Source: Candidatus Latescibacterota bacterium
GTDB taxonomy: Bacteria; Latescibacterota; UBA2968; UBA8231
Length of the DNA: 64,000 nucleotides
NCBI GenBank assembly: GCA_965204725.1
Contig: OZ242005.1
Coordinates: forward strand, 320,001-384,000
Direction: 5' to 3'
Shown here: one piece after another, positions 10,974-20,321 of the stretch
How positions within the stretch are numbered: position 1 is the first letter of the stretch
Layout of the letters: the number at the start of each line of letters is the position of its first letter
Notes under the pieces: generated by a model
Seen by the model: the letters and a program-made list of their open reading frames with translations, nothing else
Databases searched by the model: none
Told to the model about the DNA's origin: nothing
Translations under genes and position numbers: made by a program

Positions 10974-12278
10974 ATGAACGTCCTAGTCGTCGGCAAGGGA
11001 GGGCGCGAACACGCCCTCGTGTGGAAGCTGGCCCAGAGCCAGCGCATCGACAAACTTTACGTCGCGCCCGGCAACCCCGGCATGGCCGCTCTCGCCGAAT
11101 GCGTCGATATTCGCGTCGATACCCCGGTGGCCGAGCGCGAAAAACTCGTCGGCGAAATCGAGTGCCTCATCGCCTTTGCCCACGAGCAGCAAATCGGGCT
11201 GACCGTCGTCGGCCCGGACGACGCCCTAGCCGGCGGCATCGTCGATCGCTTCCGCGCCCGCGGCCTTACCATCTTCGGCCCCACCGAAGCCGCCGCCCGC
11301 CTCGAAAGCAGCAAGGTCTTTGCCAAAGAGCTAATGGAGCGCGTCGGCGTCCCCACCGCTCGGCACCAGAACTTCACCGACAGCCAAGCCGCCAGCACCT
11401 ACATCCGCGCCCAAGGTGCCCCGATCGTGGTCAAGGCCAGCGGCCTAGCGGCCGGCAAGGGCGCGGTCGTCTGCCAGAGCGTAGATCAAGCCCTCGCAAC
11501 AGCGCACGACATGCTCGACAAAGACTCCTTAGGCGGGGCCGGGCACCATATCGTCGTCGAGGAATACATGACCGGCGAGGAAGCCTCGCTCTTTGCCATC
11601 TGCGACGGCGAGCATTTTATCACCCTGCCACCCGCTCAAGACCACAAAGCCATCTACGAAGGAGACCAAGGCCCCAATACCGGCGGCATGGGGGCCTACG
11701 CGCCGGCCCCCGCGATGACGCCAGCCTTGGTGCGCGAGGCCGAGGAGCGCGTCATCCGGCCCGTGCTCGCCGCAATGCGCCAGCTAGGCACCCCGTACCA
11801 AGGAGTGTTGTACTGCGGGCTGATGTGTACCGACGCCGGCGTCAAAGTAGTAGAGTTCAACGCCCGCTTCGGCGATCCCGAATGCCAGATCCTCATGCCC
11901 CTGCTCAAAACCGACCTCCTCGACTTGCTCGCAGCCGCCTGCGATGGCCGCCTAGATCAAGTGCAAGTCGAATGCGCGCCCGGGGCGGCCGTCTGCGTGG
12001 TCATGGCCTCAGACGGCTATCCGCGCGCTTATGAGAAAGGCTTGGAGATCCGCGGCTTGGAGGCTTTTGCCAACCGCGACGACCTCCTCGTCTTTCACGC
12101 CGGCACAGCCTTGCGCGACGGACGCTTCTTCACCGATGGCGGCCGGGTGCTCGGGGTGACCGCGACGGACGCCGATATCCGAACCGCGGTTGCCAAAGCC
12201 TACTCAGCCGTCGATCAGATCGCCTTTGACAACGCCTATTGCCGCCGCGACATCGCCTACCGCGCCCTAGCAGACTAA
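10974..12278 (+). CDS. purD: Phosphoribosylamine--glycine ligase
   Basis: GGREHAL, APGNPG, KASGLAAGKG, QDHK, GPNTGGMGAY, EFNARFGDPE. Confidence 0.97.
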   Translation: MNVLVVGKGGREHALVWKLAQSQRIDKLYVAPGNPGMAALAECVDIRVDTPVAEREKLVGEIECLIAFAHEQQIGLTVVGPDDALAGGIVDRFRARGLTIFGPTEAAARLESSKVFAKELMERVGVPTARHQNFTDSQAASTYIRAQGAPIVVKASGLAAGKGAVVCQSVDQALATAHDMLDKDSLGGAGHHIVVEEYMTGEEASLFAICDGEHFITLPPAQDHKAIYEGDQGPNTGGMGAYAPAPAMTPALVREAEERVIRPVLAAMRQLGTPYQGVLYCGLMCTDAGVKVVEFNARFGDPECQILMPLLKTDLLDLLAAACDGRLDQVQVECAPGAAVCVVMASDGYPRAYEKGLEIRGLEAFANRDDLLVFHAGTALRDGRFFTDGGRVLGVTATDADIRTAVAKAYSAVDQIAFDNAYCRRDIAYRALAD

Positions 12279-12285
12279 CGCTCTC

Positions 12286-12651
12286 ATGCCCAACGACGCA
12301 CTGCGCTTGCGCAATATGCGCTTCTTTGCCTACCACGGGCTTTTCCCCGAAGAGACCGCGCTCGGCCAACGCTACGAAGTCGATGTCGAGCTCTACGGCG
12401 ATTTTCGCCAAGCGGGGCGCAGCGACGACATAGACGCGGCGATCAACTATCCAGAGGTGTACTCGCTAGTGGCCACGGTAGTAACCGGCGAACCCTGCAA
12501 ATTGGTCGAAGCCCTCGCCGAGCGCATCGCCGAGCAGGTGGGCACCCACTGCGCCCCGGTCGCCCTCATCGTCCGCGTCCGCAAGCCCAACCCCCCGGTC
12601 GCCGCACATTTCGACGGCATCGAAGTCGAAATACACCGTTCCTATGCCTGA
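12286..12651 (+). CDS. folB: Dihydroneopterin aldolase
   Basis: FFAYHG...EE...GQ, INY, LVEALAE, RKPNPP; next to folK. Confidence 0.95.
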   Translation: MPNDALRLRNMRFFAYHGLFPEETALGQRYEVDVELYGDFRQAGRSDDIDAAINYPEVYSLVATVVTGEPCKLVEALAERIAEQVGTHCAPVALIVRVRKPNPPVAAHFDGIEVEIHRSYA

Positions 12652-13150
12652 GCGAGCTTATATCGCCATCGGCGGCAACCTCGGTGACCGCCGGGCGTAC
12701 CTCCAAGCCGGCATCAAAGAAGTCGCCGCGCTCCCCAGTACGCGCCTCGCGGCCATCTCCCGCACCTACGAAACCCAAGCGGTGGGGCCGGTCGCACAAC
12801 CCGATTTCCTCAACGCCGTCGTTGCCATAGAAACCGCGCTCGCCCCCGCGCCACTGCTCGCGGCCCTACTCGCCATCGAAAAAAAACACCAGCGGCAACG
12901 CCGTATTCACTGGGGGCCGCGCACCCTCGACCTCGATCTGCTCCTCTACGGCGAGCGCACCATCAACAGCGCGGACCTGACCCTGCCGCATCCGCGCATG
13001 CACGAGCGCCGCTTTGTGCTGCTGCCCCTCTGCGAAATCGCTCCGCGCCTTAGCCATCCTATCACCGGCCGGCCATTTGCCGCGTACCTCGCCGCACTCG
13101 CCGACGATGGGGACACCTGCGCCGTGGCCCCGCTCGCCCTCATCCCATGA
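12644..13150 (+). CDS. folK: 2-amino-4-hydroxy-6-hydroxymethyldihydropteridine diphosphokinase
   Basis: GGNLGD, QPDFLNAV, WGPRTLDLDLL, LPHPRMHERRFVL. Confidence 0.96.
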   Translation: MPERAYIAIGGNLGDRRAYLQAGIKEVAALPSTRLAAISRTYETQAVGPVAQPDFLNAVVAIETALAPAPLLAALLAIEKKHQRQRRIHWGPRTLDLDLLLYGERTINSADLTLPHPRMHERRFVLLPLCEIAPRLSHPITGRPFAAYLAALADDGDTCAVAPLALIP

Positions 13151-13995
13151 ACCGCATCCACACGGTCGCGGAAATGCAGGCTCAGGCCGATGCTTGGCGC
13201 AGTGCGGGCCGGTGCATCGGGCTGGTGCCGACGATGGGGTTTTTGCACGAGGGACACCTCAGCTTGGTCGATCACAGCCTCGAAGCCGCGGACCGCACAG
13301 TAGTCAGCCTCTTCGTCAATCCCCTGCAATTCGGGCCGAAAGAAGACTTCGCCATCTATCCACGCGACATGGAGCGCGACCTCGACCTGCTGGCCCGCCA
13401 CGGGGTAGATGCGGTCTTTCATCCCAAAACAGCGGAATTCTACCCCGCCGATTTCTCGACCTTCGTCCAAGTCGAAGTGCTAACCAAAAGCCTGTGCGGC
13501 CCCTTCCGCCCCGGGCACTTCCGCGGCGTCGCTACCGTAGTGACCAAGCTGTTCACCGCCGTCAAACCGCACCTAGCCGTCTTCGGCCAGAAAGACTATC
13601 AGCAAGCGGCCGTCATTGGTCGGTTAGTACGCGATTTGAACCTAGACTTGCGCGTCGAGGTCGCTCCCACCGTGCGCGAAGCAGACGGCTTGGCCATGAG
13701 CTCGCGCAACGTCCTCCTCAGCGCAGAAGAACGGCAACGCGCATCGGCCCTGTACGAAGCCCTCACCATGGGGCGGGAACGGATCGAACAGGGCGAGCGC
13801 GACGCCAGCCGGATTATAGCCGAGATGCGGGCGCACATCGAACGTACGCTTAACCCGCGTATCGACTACATTGCTATCGTCCATCCAGCCACCCTCGAAG
13901 AAGTAGCCCACATCGCCGGCCCGGTCGTCATCGCCCTCGCCGTGCGCCTGTCCAACGTCCGGCTGATCGACAACATCACCGCAGCCCCCAAATAA
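13147..13995 (+). CDS. panC: Pantoate--beta-alanine ligase
   Basis: VPTMGFLHEGH, FVNPLQF, RPGHFRGV, FGQKDYQQ, DGLAMSSRN, RLIDN. Confidence 0.97.
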   Translation: MNRIHTVAEMQAQADAWRSAGRCIGLVPTMGFLHEGHLSLVDHSLEAADRTVVSLFVNPLQFGPKEDFAIYPRDMERDLDLLARHGVDAVFHPKTAEFYPADFSTFVQVEVLTKSLCGPFRPGHFRGVATVVTKLFTAVKPHLAVFGQKDYQQAAVIGRLVRDLNLDLRVEVAPTVREADGLAMSSRNVLLSAEERQRASALYEALTMGRERIEQGERDASRIIAEMRAHIERTLNPRIDYIAIVHPATLEEVAHIAGPVVIALAVRLSNVRLIDNITAAPK

Positions 13996-14111
13996 AAGCC
14001 CTTCTGAAGTGGGGATTTTCAAACTTCAAACTACTTTGGAATTAGGGGGACGACCATTATATTATCGACGGACGGGATCGGCCCGTCCACAAACTCGAAA
14101 GGAGGCCCCAG

Positions 14112-14498
14112 ATGAACGAGTTTGAAACCAAAGTTCACCAACATGACATCACATTAGCCCGATTGGGAACGCTCATTGAGCAGAACGACCGCCGCTTTGA
14201 CACCGTTGAAGACAAAATCGACAATTCCGAAAAAAACACTACCGCACAATTTGAGAGCTCCGAAAAAAGCACCGCCGCACGATTCGAGAGCTCCGAAAAA
14301 AACACTACCGCGCGATTCGACAGTTTAGAGCAAAACACCGCCGCACGATTTGAGAGCTCCGAAAAAAACACCGCCGCACGATTCGACGCGATTGAACGAA
14401 AAATCGATAGCCTCGACCGCCGCATGAATTGGTTTCTCGGCCTATTGTTCACTAGTTGGCTATCGACCATCGGCGTGATTCTGTACAAGCTCCAGTAG
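14112..14498 (+). CDS. Small coiled-coil protein with 11-aa repeats and a C-terminal TM anchor (DUF1640/CCDC90-like)
   Basis: Strong AAGGAGG RBS, repeats of SEKNTAARFES, hydrophobic C-terminus. Confidence 0.8.
   Translation: MNEFETKVHQHDITLARLGTLIEQNDRRFDTVEDKIDNSEKNTTAQFESSEKSTAARFESSEKNTTARFDSLEQNTAARFESSEKNTAARFDAIERKIDSLDRRMNWFLGLLFTSWLSTIGVILYKLQ
14226..14390 (+). repeat. Five tandem 33-bp coding repeats
   Basis: Variants of tccgaaaaaaacaccgccgcacgattcgagagc, contiguous, with no spacers. Confidence 0.92.
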
Positions 14499-14505
14499 CT
14501 GAGTT

Positions 14506-14541
14506 GAATCGCCGTCGGCACCATTTGGCCGACGGCGATTC
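14506..14541. terminator. Hairpin between convergent genes (probable bidirectional terminator)
   Basis: Perfect 14-bp stem gaatcgccgtcggc/gccgacggcgattc with an 8-nt loop. No clear U-tract. Confidence 0.65.
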
Positions 14542-14552
14542 GCATTCCCCAT

Positions 14553-16139
14553 TCACCGAACCAGCATCAACCGGCGCGTCCGCGTCTCCCCGCCGACCTT
14601 CAGCACGGCCCAATACGCCCCGCTGGCCACGCGCTCCCCGCGCCAGCGCGCCAAATGCTTCCCGGCCGCGAGCCGCTCCGCCACCAAAAGGGCCATGCGC
14701 TGGCCCAAGGCATTGTAGATCGCCAGCTCGACAGCCGCTTCCCTTGCCACGCGAAAGGGCAGGTTCACCGCGCTGTTGGCCGGGTTCGGATAAGCCGGTG
14801 CCAAGTCGCTGGCCTCGGGCCGCTCCTCTGCCTGTATGGCTGTGACCGTAGGCGTGACATACCGGGCCGCGAGGGCAAAATCTCCGCCTGCCGGCGAGGC
14901 TCGGCCGACGACGACCGCGGCACTATCTGCATCCGCGACCAGCACCTGCCCGGCGTTGGCCGCGCTCAGTTCCATCGCGAGCAACTCGCCACGCTGGTCG
15001 CGCAGGGCATGCACCCACACGGCATAGTGCCCCTCGGGCGCACCGGCGAAATCAACGGCTACATCGCCTTCCGAGCGAATGACCACGTTGACCGCGCCCC
15101 ATTGGTTGCCAACTTCGCCAGCCAGCGCCGCGAAGGGCACCTCGGGCGCAGCCATAGCCATGGCGCGGCGCCCGCGCAGGGCCTCGTATCCAGCCGCGTA
15201 GTTGGCCGCGATCCACAGACGCCAAGCCCCCTCGAAGTTCTCAACCCAATTTTGGCTTTTGAAGGCGTCGTCAATGCCCAAAATGCCGTTGCGCGGCTCG
15301 GCGACGATTTGGCGAATCAGCCGCGGCCCATAGTGCTCGGCCAAAAACGAGGCGAACAGATAGGTCTTGCCGTAGCTCGCGGCCTCAAACGTCCAGTTCG
15401 TCAGATTAACACTGGGACCCGCGAGAAAACTCGGCACCATGCTCGGATCGGCCTCGGGAAAACCCACCAACTCTTCGGCATACCCAGCAAGCCCTTCGTC
15501 AATCCATCGCTCCTCGTCGGCATCGCGGCCCCAGTGGATGAGGTGCTGAAATTCGTGCGCTAAGGTCGCGTAGGCGAGGTAGGCACTGAAGGCCAGCTTG
15601 CGCGCGTCGAGGTACATCGTGTCGCGCCGCAATTCGGGCGGTGCCCGCTCGTATAGCTCGCTGTCGAAATAGCCGGCCACGCGCGCGTCGGGAATGTCCA
15701 AGATCAGGATGAAGATGCGGGGGTCGCCGTCCTCATCGGCTGGCTCGCCAAAGGCATCAACCGCCGTGGCAAATACCCCGCGTTCGGGATCGGCCGGGGT
15801 CGTTGCGTCAAAAAGCGCACCCAGCTTATCCACGTCCGGCTGGGCCGCAATGATGTCCCACTGGCTTTCCTCGACGAAGATGTAGCAGTGCGTCCCCTTG
15901 TAGCGGCAGGTAGCCAACTTGAGCACGGGTTCGGTCGGCACGTAAAAGGCGAGTTGGGTCCCCACCTCAATCGGGCCGCGCTCTTGACTGGCGTTGACGG
16001 CCTTGGCGACTGGCGTGGGAAAAGACGCACGGTGCTGGTCGAGCCAGCGCGTCCCGCATATCCGCTCTTGGGCCGCGACCGCCAGCGGCAGCGAGAGCAG
16101 CCACGCAACGAAGGCCGCTTGCGAGACGAAGAAGGCCAT
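14553..16139 (-). CDS. Secreted zinc metallopeptidase (M30-like, HEFQH) with a T9SS/FlgD-type C-terminal domain
   Basis: Signal peptide, LAHEFQHLIH...WIDEGLA, C-terminal YPNP...IYNALGQ...ASGAY. The ORF-track 5' extension only reads through a repeat. Confidence 0.8.
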   Translation of the reverse strand: MAFFVSQAAFVAWLLSLPLAVAAQERICGTRWLDQHRASFPTPVAKAVNASQERGPIEVGTQLAFYVPTEPVLKLATCRYKGTHCYIFVEESQWDIIAAQPDVDKLGALFDATTPADPERGVFATAVDAFGEPADEDGDPRIFILILDIPDARVAGYFDSELYERAPPELRRDTMYLDARKLAFSAYLAYATLAHEFQHLIHWGRDADEERWIDEGLAGYAEELVGFPEADPSMVPSFLAGPSVNLTNWTFEAASYGKTYLFASFLAEHYGPRLIRQIVAEPRNGILGIDDAFKSQNWVENFEGAWRLWIAANYAAGYEALRGRRAMAMAAPEVPFAALAGEVGNQWGAVNVVIRSEGDVAVDFAGAPEGHYAVWVHALRDQRGELLAMELSAANAGQVLVADADSAAVVVGRASPAGGDFALAARYVTPTVTAIQAEERPEASDLAPAYPNPANSAVNLPFRVAREAAVELAIYNALGQRMALLVAERLAAGKHLARWRGERVASGAYWAVLKVGGETRTRRLMLVR

Positions 16140-16143
16140 CCGT

Positions 16144-16277
16144 TTACTACACGACACCAACTCCAGCTTTCCCGGGATCGAGGGCATCTTGCCCTCGTCG
16201 AGGGCGGGACGCCCTCGCTCCCAGACGCAGCGGCAACACCAGAAAAGGCATGCTCGAAGTAGGGGTCGCGTACTTAG
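16144..16277 (+). repeat. REP/MITE-like double-hairpin repeat, copy 1
   Basis: ttactacacgacacc...cgagggcatcttgccctcg-tcgagggcgggacgccctcg...agaaaaggc...gcgtacttag; homologous to 20179-20313 and 17884-17968. Confidence 0.88.
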
Positions 16278-16282
16278 GGCCA

Positions 16283-16888
16283 TCAGTAGAAATGCCGCAC
16301 CAAGAAGAAAGCCGCGCCCGCCGGCCCCACGGCTACCTTGGGCGCGAAGCCGGTCTGCGCTCGATCCGCGCCGGCTGTGCGCGCCGCATGGATGGCGGCC
16401 ACGAGGTGATTGGCGACCACCAATCCCGTCATGTAAAGCGCCTGCCGCCGCGCTTGCTGGCTCGCATTCCGCAACGCACGGTAGCGCTGGCGCGACTCGT
16501 CGTGATCCCATTCCCAGAAAAAGTCCGCGTTCACCGGATAGAGCGCGGCGTCTGGGCCGTCCTCGTAGCGGGCAAACTGGTTGTGCTCCAGCCGGCTCGC
16601 ATAAAACCCCAAGTCGTCAAAATAGGTGCGCCCCTTGCCCTGGGGCTGTGCGCCCGCATATTCCGCCGCATGCGCCCGGTACTGATCGCGGCGCACTTGA
16701 CCCAGCCATGCAAAACCCCAATAACCGCCCCAAAGCACCAGTTCAGCGGCCAAGAAGCCACCGCCGCCGCCACGAGCGTATTTCTGCCCCCAACCGGGCA
16801 CCAGCAAGGAGCGCCAAAACGCCCCTTGGGCCTGCCCGGCCTCAGCCACGCCGGGCAGCAGCAAAACCAACGCGATCCACCGCCACAT
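16283..16888 (-). CDS. Exported/outer-membrane protein (DUF5683-like)
   Basis: Signal peptide, SLLVPGWGQKY, NHLVAAIHA; related to the adjacent gene. Confidence 0.7.
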   Translation of the reverse strand: MWRWIALVLLLPGVAEAGQAQGAFWRSLLVPGWGQKYARGGGGGFLAAELVLWGGYWGFAWLGQVRRDQYRAHAAEYAGAQPQGKGRTYFDDLGFYASRLEHNQFARYEDGPDAALYPVNADFFWEWDHDESRQRYRALRNASQQARRQALYMTGLVVANHLVAAIHAARTAGADRAQTGFAPKVAVGPAGAAFFLVRHFY

Positions 16889-16892
16889 TAGC

Positions 16893-17771
16893 TCAATCCA
16901 ACGGCTTGTACGCTACGAGCATGGGCACCCGCTGCACGACCAACGCAAAGCGCGTCCGCCGCCGCAGGGCCGCTTCGTCGACACCCGCAGCGCGCGCCCG
17001 CGCCACCCGCGCCGCGTCGATGGCGCTGATGACGTGGTTTATCAGGATAACCCCACTTACTGTGGAGGCGCGCTTGAGAAAGCGATTGCTCTCGTTGCGT
17101 TGGCCTTCGTAGCGCAGCCGTCGCTCGGAACGGAAATTTTCAACGGAATCGACTTCGGTTGGCTCAACGGGATTGCCCGTATTGTCGTCCCATACTACAT
17201 CGCGCCAACCGGCTACAAATTGGTCGTATTTGCCAACCAACTCGTAGTACTGCTGGATCTCGCTCGGCGCACACCCCCCAAAAGACGCCCGCCCCCCTTC
17301 TCTCGTCGCCGGGATGTACACCTCAACGACCTCGCTACTGCAAGGCAGTGCGTGCGTGATCGACGAATTTCTCGAGATCGGCGAGTCGCGCCAAACCAAG
17401 TAGTTGAGTGGATCCCAGTGCTCGTCGGCCACGGCCCGGAACTCTTCCTCTAGGTCGTTGCCCTTGCCCCGCCAAGCCGCCCACAACCCCACTAGCGCGG
17501 CTTCGGCCCCAAAAAACGCCAACCCCCGCTTCGACGACCCTGCGTACCACTCGCCCAACCCCGGCACCAACGCGGAAAGCAAAAACGCCCGCTTCGACGA
17601 CTTGCCCGCACGTCCCTTTGAGCGCGACGCCGGCTCAGGATCAGTGCCGCCTTCCACCGCCCGCAATCCCACCAAGAACGCCTGCCCCTCCTCGCTCAAA
17701 ATACTCGGCAATCCTTCGGCCTGAACGCCGACGGCCGTTAGCACCACCAGCGCGATTCCTGTCCTCGTCAT
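16893..17771 (-). CDS. Exported/outer-membrane protein (DUF5683-like)
   Basis: AGGAG RBS, signal peptide, SALVPGLGEWY, QQYYELVGKYDQFVAGW, NHVISAIDA. Confidence 0.72.
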   Translation of the reverse strand: MTRTGIALVVLTAVGVQAEGLPSILSEEGQAFLVGLRAVEGGTDPEPASRSKGRAGKSSKRAFLLSALVPGLGEWYAGSSKRGLAFFGAEAALVGLWAAWRGKGNDLEEEFRAVADEHWDPLNYLVWRDSPISRNSSITHALPCSSEVVEVYIPATREGGRASFGGCAPSEIQQYYELVGKYDQFVAGWRDVVWDDNTGNPVEPTEVDSVENFRSERRLRYEGQRNESNRFLKRASTVSGVILINHVISAIDAARVARARAAGVDEAALRRRTRFALVVQRVPMLVAYKPLD

Positions 17772-17874
17772 GCTTACTCCTTTCTACTACGGCATTTGCG
17801 TATTCTATGACTTGCAAACCCCGCGCAAACGGGGGGCACATTCCACATGGCTATATCGCGTCGCCGCCTATCGT

Positions 17875-18861
17875 TCACTTTGTGTACGCCTTTTCTGCTG
17901 TTGCGACTGCGCCCGGGGTCGAGGGCGTCCCGCCCTCGACGAGGGCAAGATGCCCTCGATCCTTGGAATGAAGCGGTATTCTATCGCGTCGTCCCTCCTC
18001 GCTCAAACGCTCGACCAAAGCCGGCGAAAGGTACAGCGATTCGACGGTCTCGCACTGGTCGCCGAGGAGCGTAGCTTGGCTCGAGCGGCCAGCGCGAATG
18101 TGCAGGTGCGACAGAGAAAGCGAGCGGGGAAGCGGCTTGCCGTGACTTTTTTCGCCGGTTTTCCCGTCGTAGCTCGCCATGTACGAAAGCCTCCGGTCGT
18201 TCATGGCTTGCAGTGCGTCTGCAAACTCGGCATAGCTCAGCCCGCTCCAATACCTGTGATCTCTCACAAAGGACGTGCCCTGATAGGGCGGGTCCATGTA
18301 GATAACATCCTCTTTCGCGGCCTCCGCGACCACCTTGCGGAAATCGACTGCGGAAAGCGTGGTTTTTCCGGCGAGCAGCGCGTGGACGCCGAGTATCTGG
18401 CGCTGCATGAGTATGGGGCGCATGCCCGCTCGCCGATTGTCCGCGCTTTGATTGAACAGGCCCTCGGCACTGTACCGCACCGAGCCTTTTACTATGCGCG
18501 CCAGCAAATAGAGCAAGTGATGAGGCCGGTGGGCAGCATTGAACTCGTCGCGGATGCCGAGGAAGAAGGCCCTTTTGTCCGGGTGCTGTTCCGTCCACAG
18601 CCGCTCGTAGCTTTTGCTCAGTTCGTTGGGCCGCTGCAAAATCTCTTCCCACAGCGCCATCAAGGGTTCGTTCAAGTCGTTGAGCCAAAATCGCTTTGCG
18701 AGCCGGTGCGCGGCCGCAGCCAGCGAAACGGCACCAGACCCGCAAAAAGGCTCAATGAGGCAATCGACATCGCGCGGAAAATGCGCGAGGATGTGCCGCG
18801 CAAGGCCGCGCTTGCTACCCTGATAGGGGAATGGATGCGGAATGGCCATCGGCTGCAACAT
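17875..18861 (-). CDS. Dam-family (D12 class) DNA adenine methyltransferase
   Basis: PYQGSKR, EPFCGSG and DPPY motifs. The last ~30 codons are read through the repeat. Confidence 0.9.
   Translation of the reverse strand: MLQPMAIPHPFPYQGSKRGLARHILAHFPRDVDCLIEPFCGSGAVSLAAAAHRLAKRFWLNDLNEPLMALWEEILQRPNELSKSYERLWTEQHPDKRAFFLGIRDEFNAAHRPHHLLYLLARIVKGSVRYSAEGLFNQSADNRRAGMRPILMQRQILGVHALLAGKTTLSAVDFRKVVAEAAKEDVIYMDPPYQGTSFVRDHRYWSGLSYAEFADALQAMNDRRLSYMASYDGKTGEKSHGKPLPRSLSLSHLHIRAGRSSQATLLGDQCETVESLYLSPALVERLSEEGRRDRIPLHSKDRGHLALVEGGTPSTPGAVATAEKAYTK
17884..17968 (-). repeat. REP/MITE-like double-hairpin repeat, copy 2 (inverted, partial)
   Basis: The reverse complement matches the core of copy 3: ttccaaggatcgagggcatcttgccctcgtcgagggcgggacgccctcgaccccgg...gcagaaaaggcgtac. 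Confidence 0.88.
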
Positions 18862-18863
18862 CG

Positions 18864-20090
18864 CTATCGCCTCTGCATCACGACGATGCGATTTGAATTG
18901 GTGCCGCGCTCGTTGTTGTCAACGCCCCATATATTTGAAGTCTTGGTAAACGTCTGCTCGTTGATTACCACGCAGATCGGTTCCCACGCCGTCTCGCGCG
19001 CAACTTCCGCGACCACGCGATCGAGCAACAGCGATCCCCGCCGGATTTCGCCCACTTCAAATGCAAACACTCCGTCGGGGCGCGTAATCGACGCCACGCT
19101 TTGCAACGCGCCGCGCACCAGCGCCTTCCACTCGGCCAGCTTGCGAGTTTGCGTAATGCGAATTGCAGCGGGATCGACGCCGACGAACCAGCAGCGCATC
19201 CAGTTGTCCTCTTTGTAGTTGACGATGTCCATGAAGGGCGGCGAGGTCACCGCGAGTGCCACCGGCGGGCCGCTGTACTCAAATGGCATATCAACCGCTT
19301 GCTGAAAAAACTCCCGGCTGCGTCCCTTGGGCATTTGCGCCGGAACATCCCGCAAAAGCGCCCGCGTCTTGCGTAGGATCAACTGCGCGACATCGCGGTA
19401 TTCGGGCCGCTGGCCGCGCCGTGCGTTGATCTTGCGCTGGCTCTCAATGGACGCGGCTTGATTGGGCGGCAGCGTATAGACCGAGAAAAACCCCTTGGAA
19501 TGCCCGGTCAGGCGATTGAGGGCCACCATCTGGATCCAGCGATCGACCGCGTCGGCACACCCGTTGGAGCGGCGCTCGGCCAAATAGGCCCGCAACCGAC
19601 AGATCTGATTGAGCGTCCGCTCCTCAAAAAACACCTCAAAGCCAGCGGGCCGCTCAATTGGTTCGTCCAACGCCAAGCATTCGAGCCGCGCAGCAACCTC
19701 GGGCAGAGCCGGCGGCGTCAACCGCGCTTCCACAAGGACGCGAGACAGGGGATTGACGTCGTTGCCCAGCACATCCCGGTTAAGCAAGACCGCTTCGAGC
19801 AGGGTCGTCCCGCGCCCCATAAACGGATCGAACACCACGTCGCCCGGGTCCGTCAGCCGCTCGACGAAAAAGCGCGGCAACTGCGGCTTAAAACACGCCC
19901 GATAGGAAACCTCGTGCAGCGAGTGAGCGGCACGCTGCTTAGACGTCCAAAATTCATTGACAAACACCGGGATGCCGTCGAGCTCCTCAACGACCGTCTC
20001 TCGGCCAAATGCATGCCATTCCGCCAACTCGCGTATGAACTCGTCGAGCGTCAGACGATCACTATTACTGAAAGAGAGCGGGGTCTGCAT
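18864..20090 (-). CDS. Amino-DNA methyltransferase (probably N4-cytosine)
   Basis: DPFMGRGTT (motif I) and TSPPF (motif IV). ATG at 20090 preferred over the ORF-track start, which lies in the repeat. Confidence 0.85.
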   Translation of the reverse strand: MQTPLSFSNSDRLTLDEFIRELAEWHAFGRETVVEELDGIPVFVNEFWTSKQRAAHSLHEVSYRACFKPQLPRFFVERLTDPGDVVFDPFMGRGTTLLEAVLLNRDVLGNDVNPLSRVLVEARLTPPALPEVAARLECLALDEPIERPAGFEVFFEERTLNQICRLRAYLAERRSNGCADAVDRWIQMVALNRLTGHSKGFFSVYTLPPNQAASIESQRKINARRGQRPEYRDVAQLILRKTRALLRDVPAQMPKGRSREFFQQAVDMPFEYSGPPVALAVTSPPFMDIVNYKEDNWMRCWFVGVDPAAIRITQTRKLAEWKALVRGALQSVASITRPDGVFAFEVGEIRRGSLLLDRVVAEVARETAWEPICVVINEQTFTKTSNIWGVDNNERGTNSNRIVVMQRR

Positions 20091-20178
20091 TTCACGTTCC
20101 CAGCAATCTGAGTGCTCTAAGTCGAGATACATTCGTTCCAGCACTGAGCATTCTCCCTCATACCAATAGCGGCCAACC

Positions 20179-20313
20179 TTACTACACGACACCGGCGGCC
20201 AACCTTCCAAGGATCGAGGGCATCTTGCCCTCGTCGAGGGCGGGACGCCCTCGACCCCGGACGCATCGGGAACTGCAGAAAAGGCGTACTCAACGTAAGT
20301 ATCGCGTACTAAG
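20179..20313 (+). repeat. REP/MITE-like double-hairpin repeat, copy 3
   Basis: Similar ends (ttactacacgacacc ... gcgtactaag) and the same hairpin core as copy 1. Confidence 0.88.
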
Positions 20314-20321
20314 GCGACCCC

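Noticed and set aside
14226-14390. 33-bp repeats as a CRISPR array
   Set aside because: Contiguous in-frame coding repeats with no unique spacers and no cas genes.
16140-16511. N-terminal extension of the 652-aa ORF
   Set aside because: It reads through the repeat and overlaps the 16283-16888 gene; a signal peptide begins at ATG 16139.
17770-19218. 482-aa plus-strand ORF
   Set aside because: Antisense shadow of the two MTases with no recognisable motifs.
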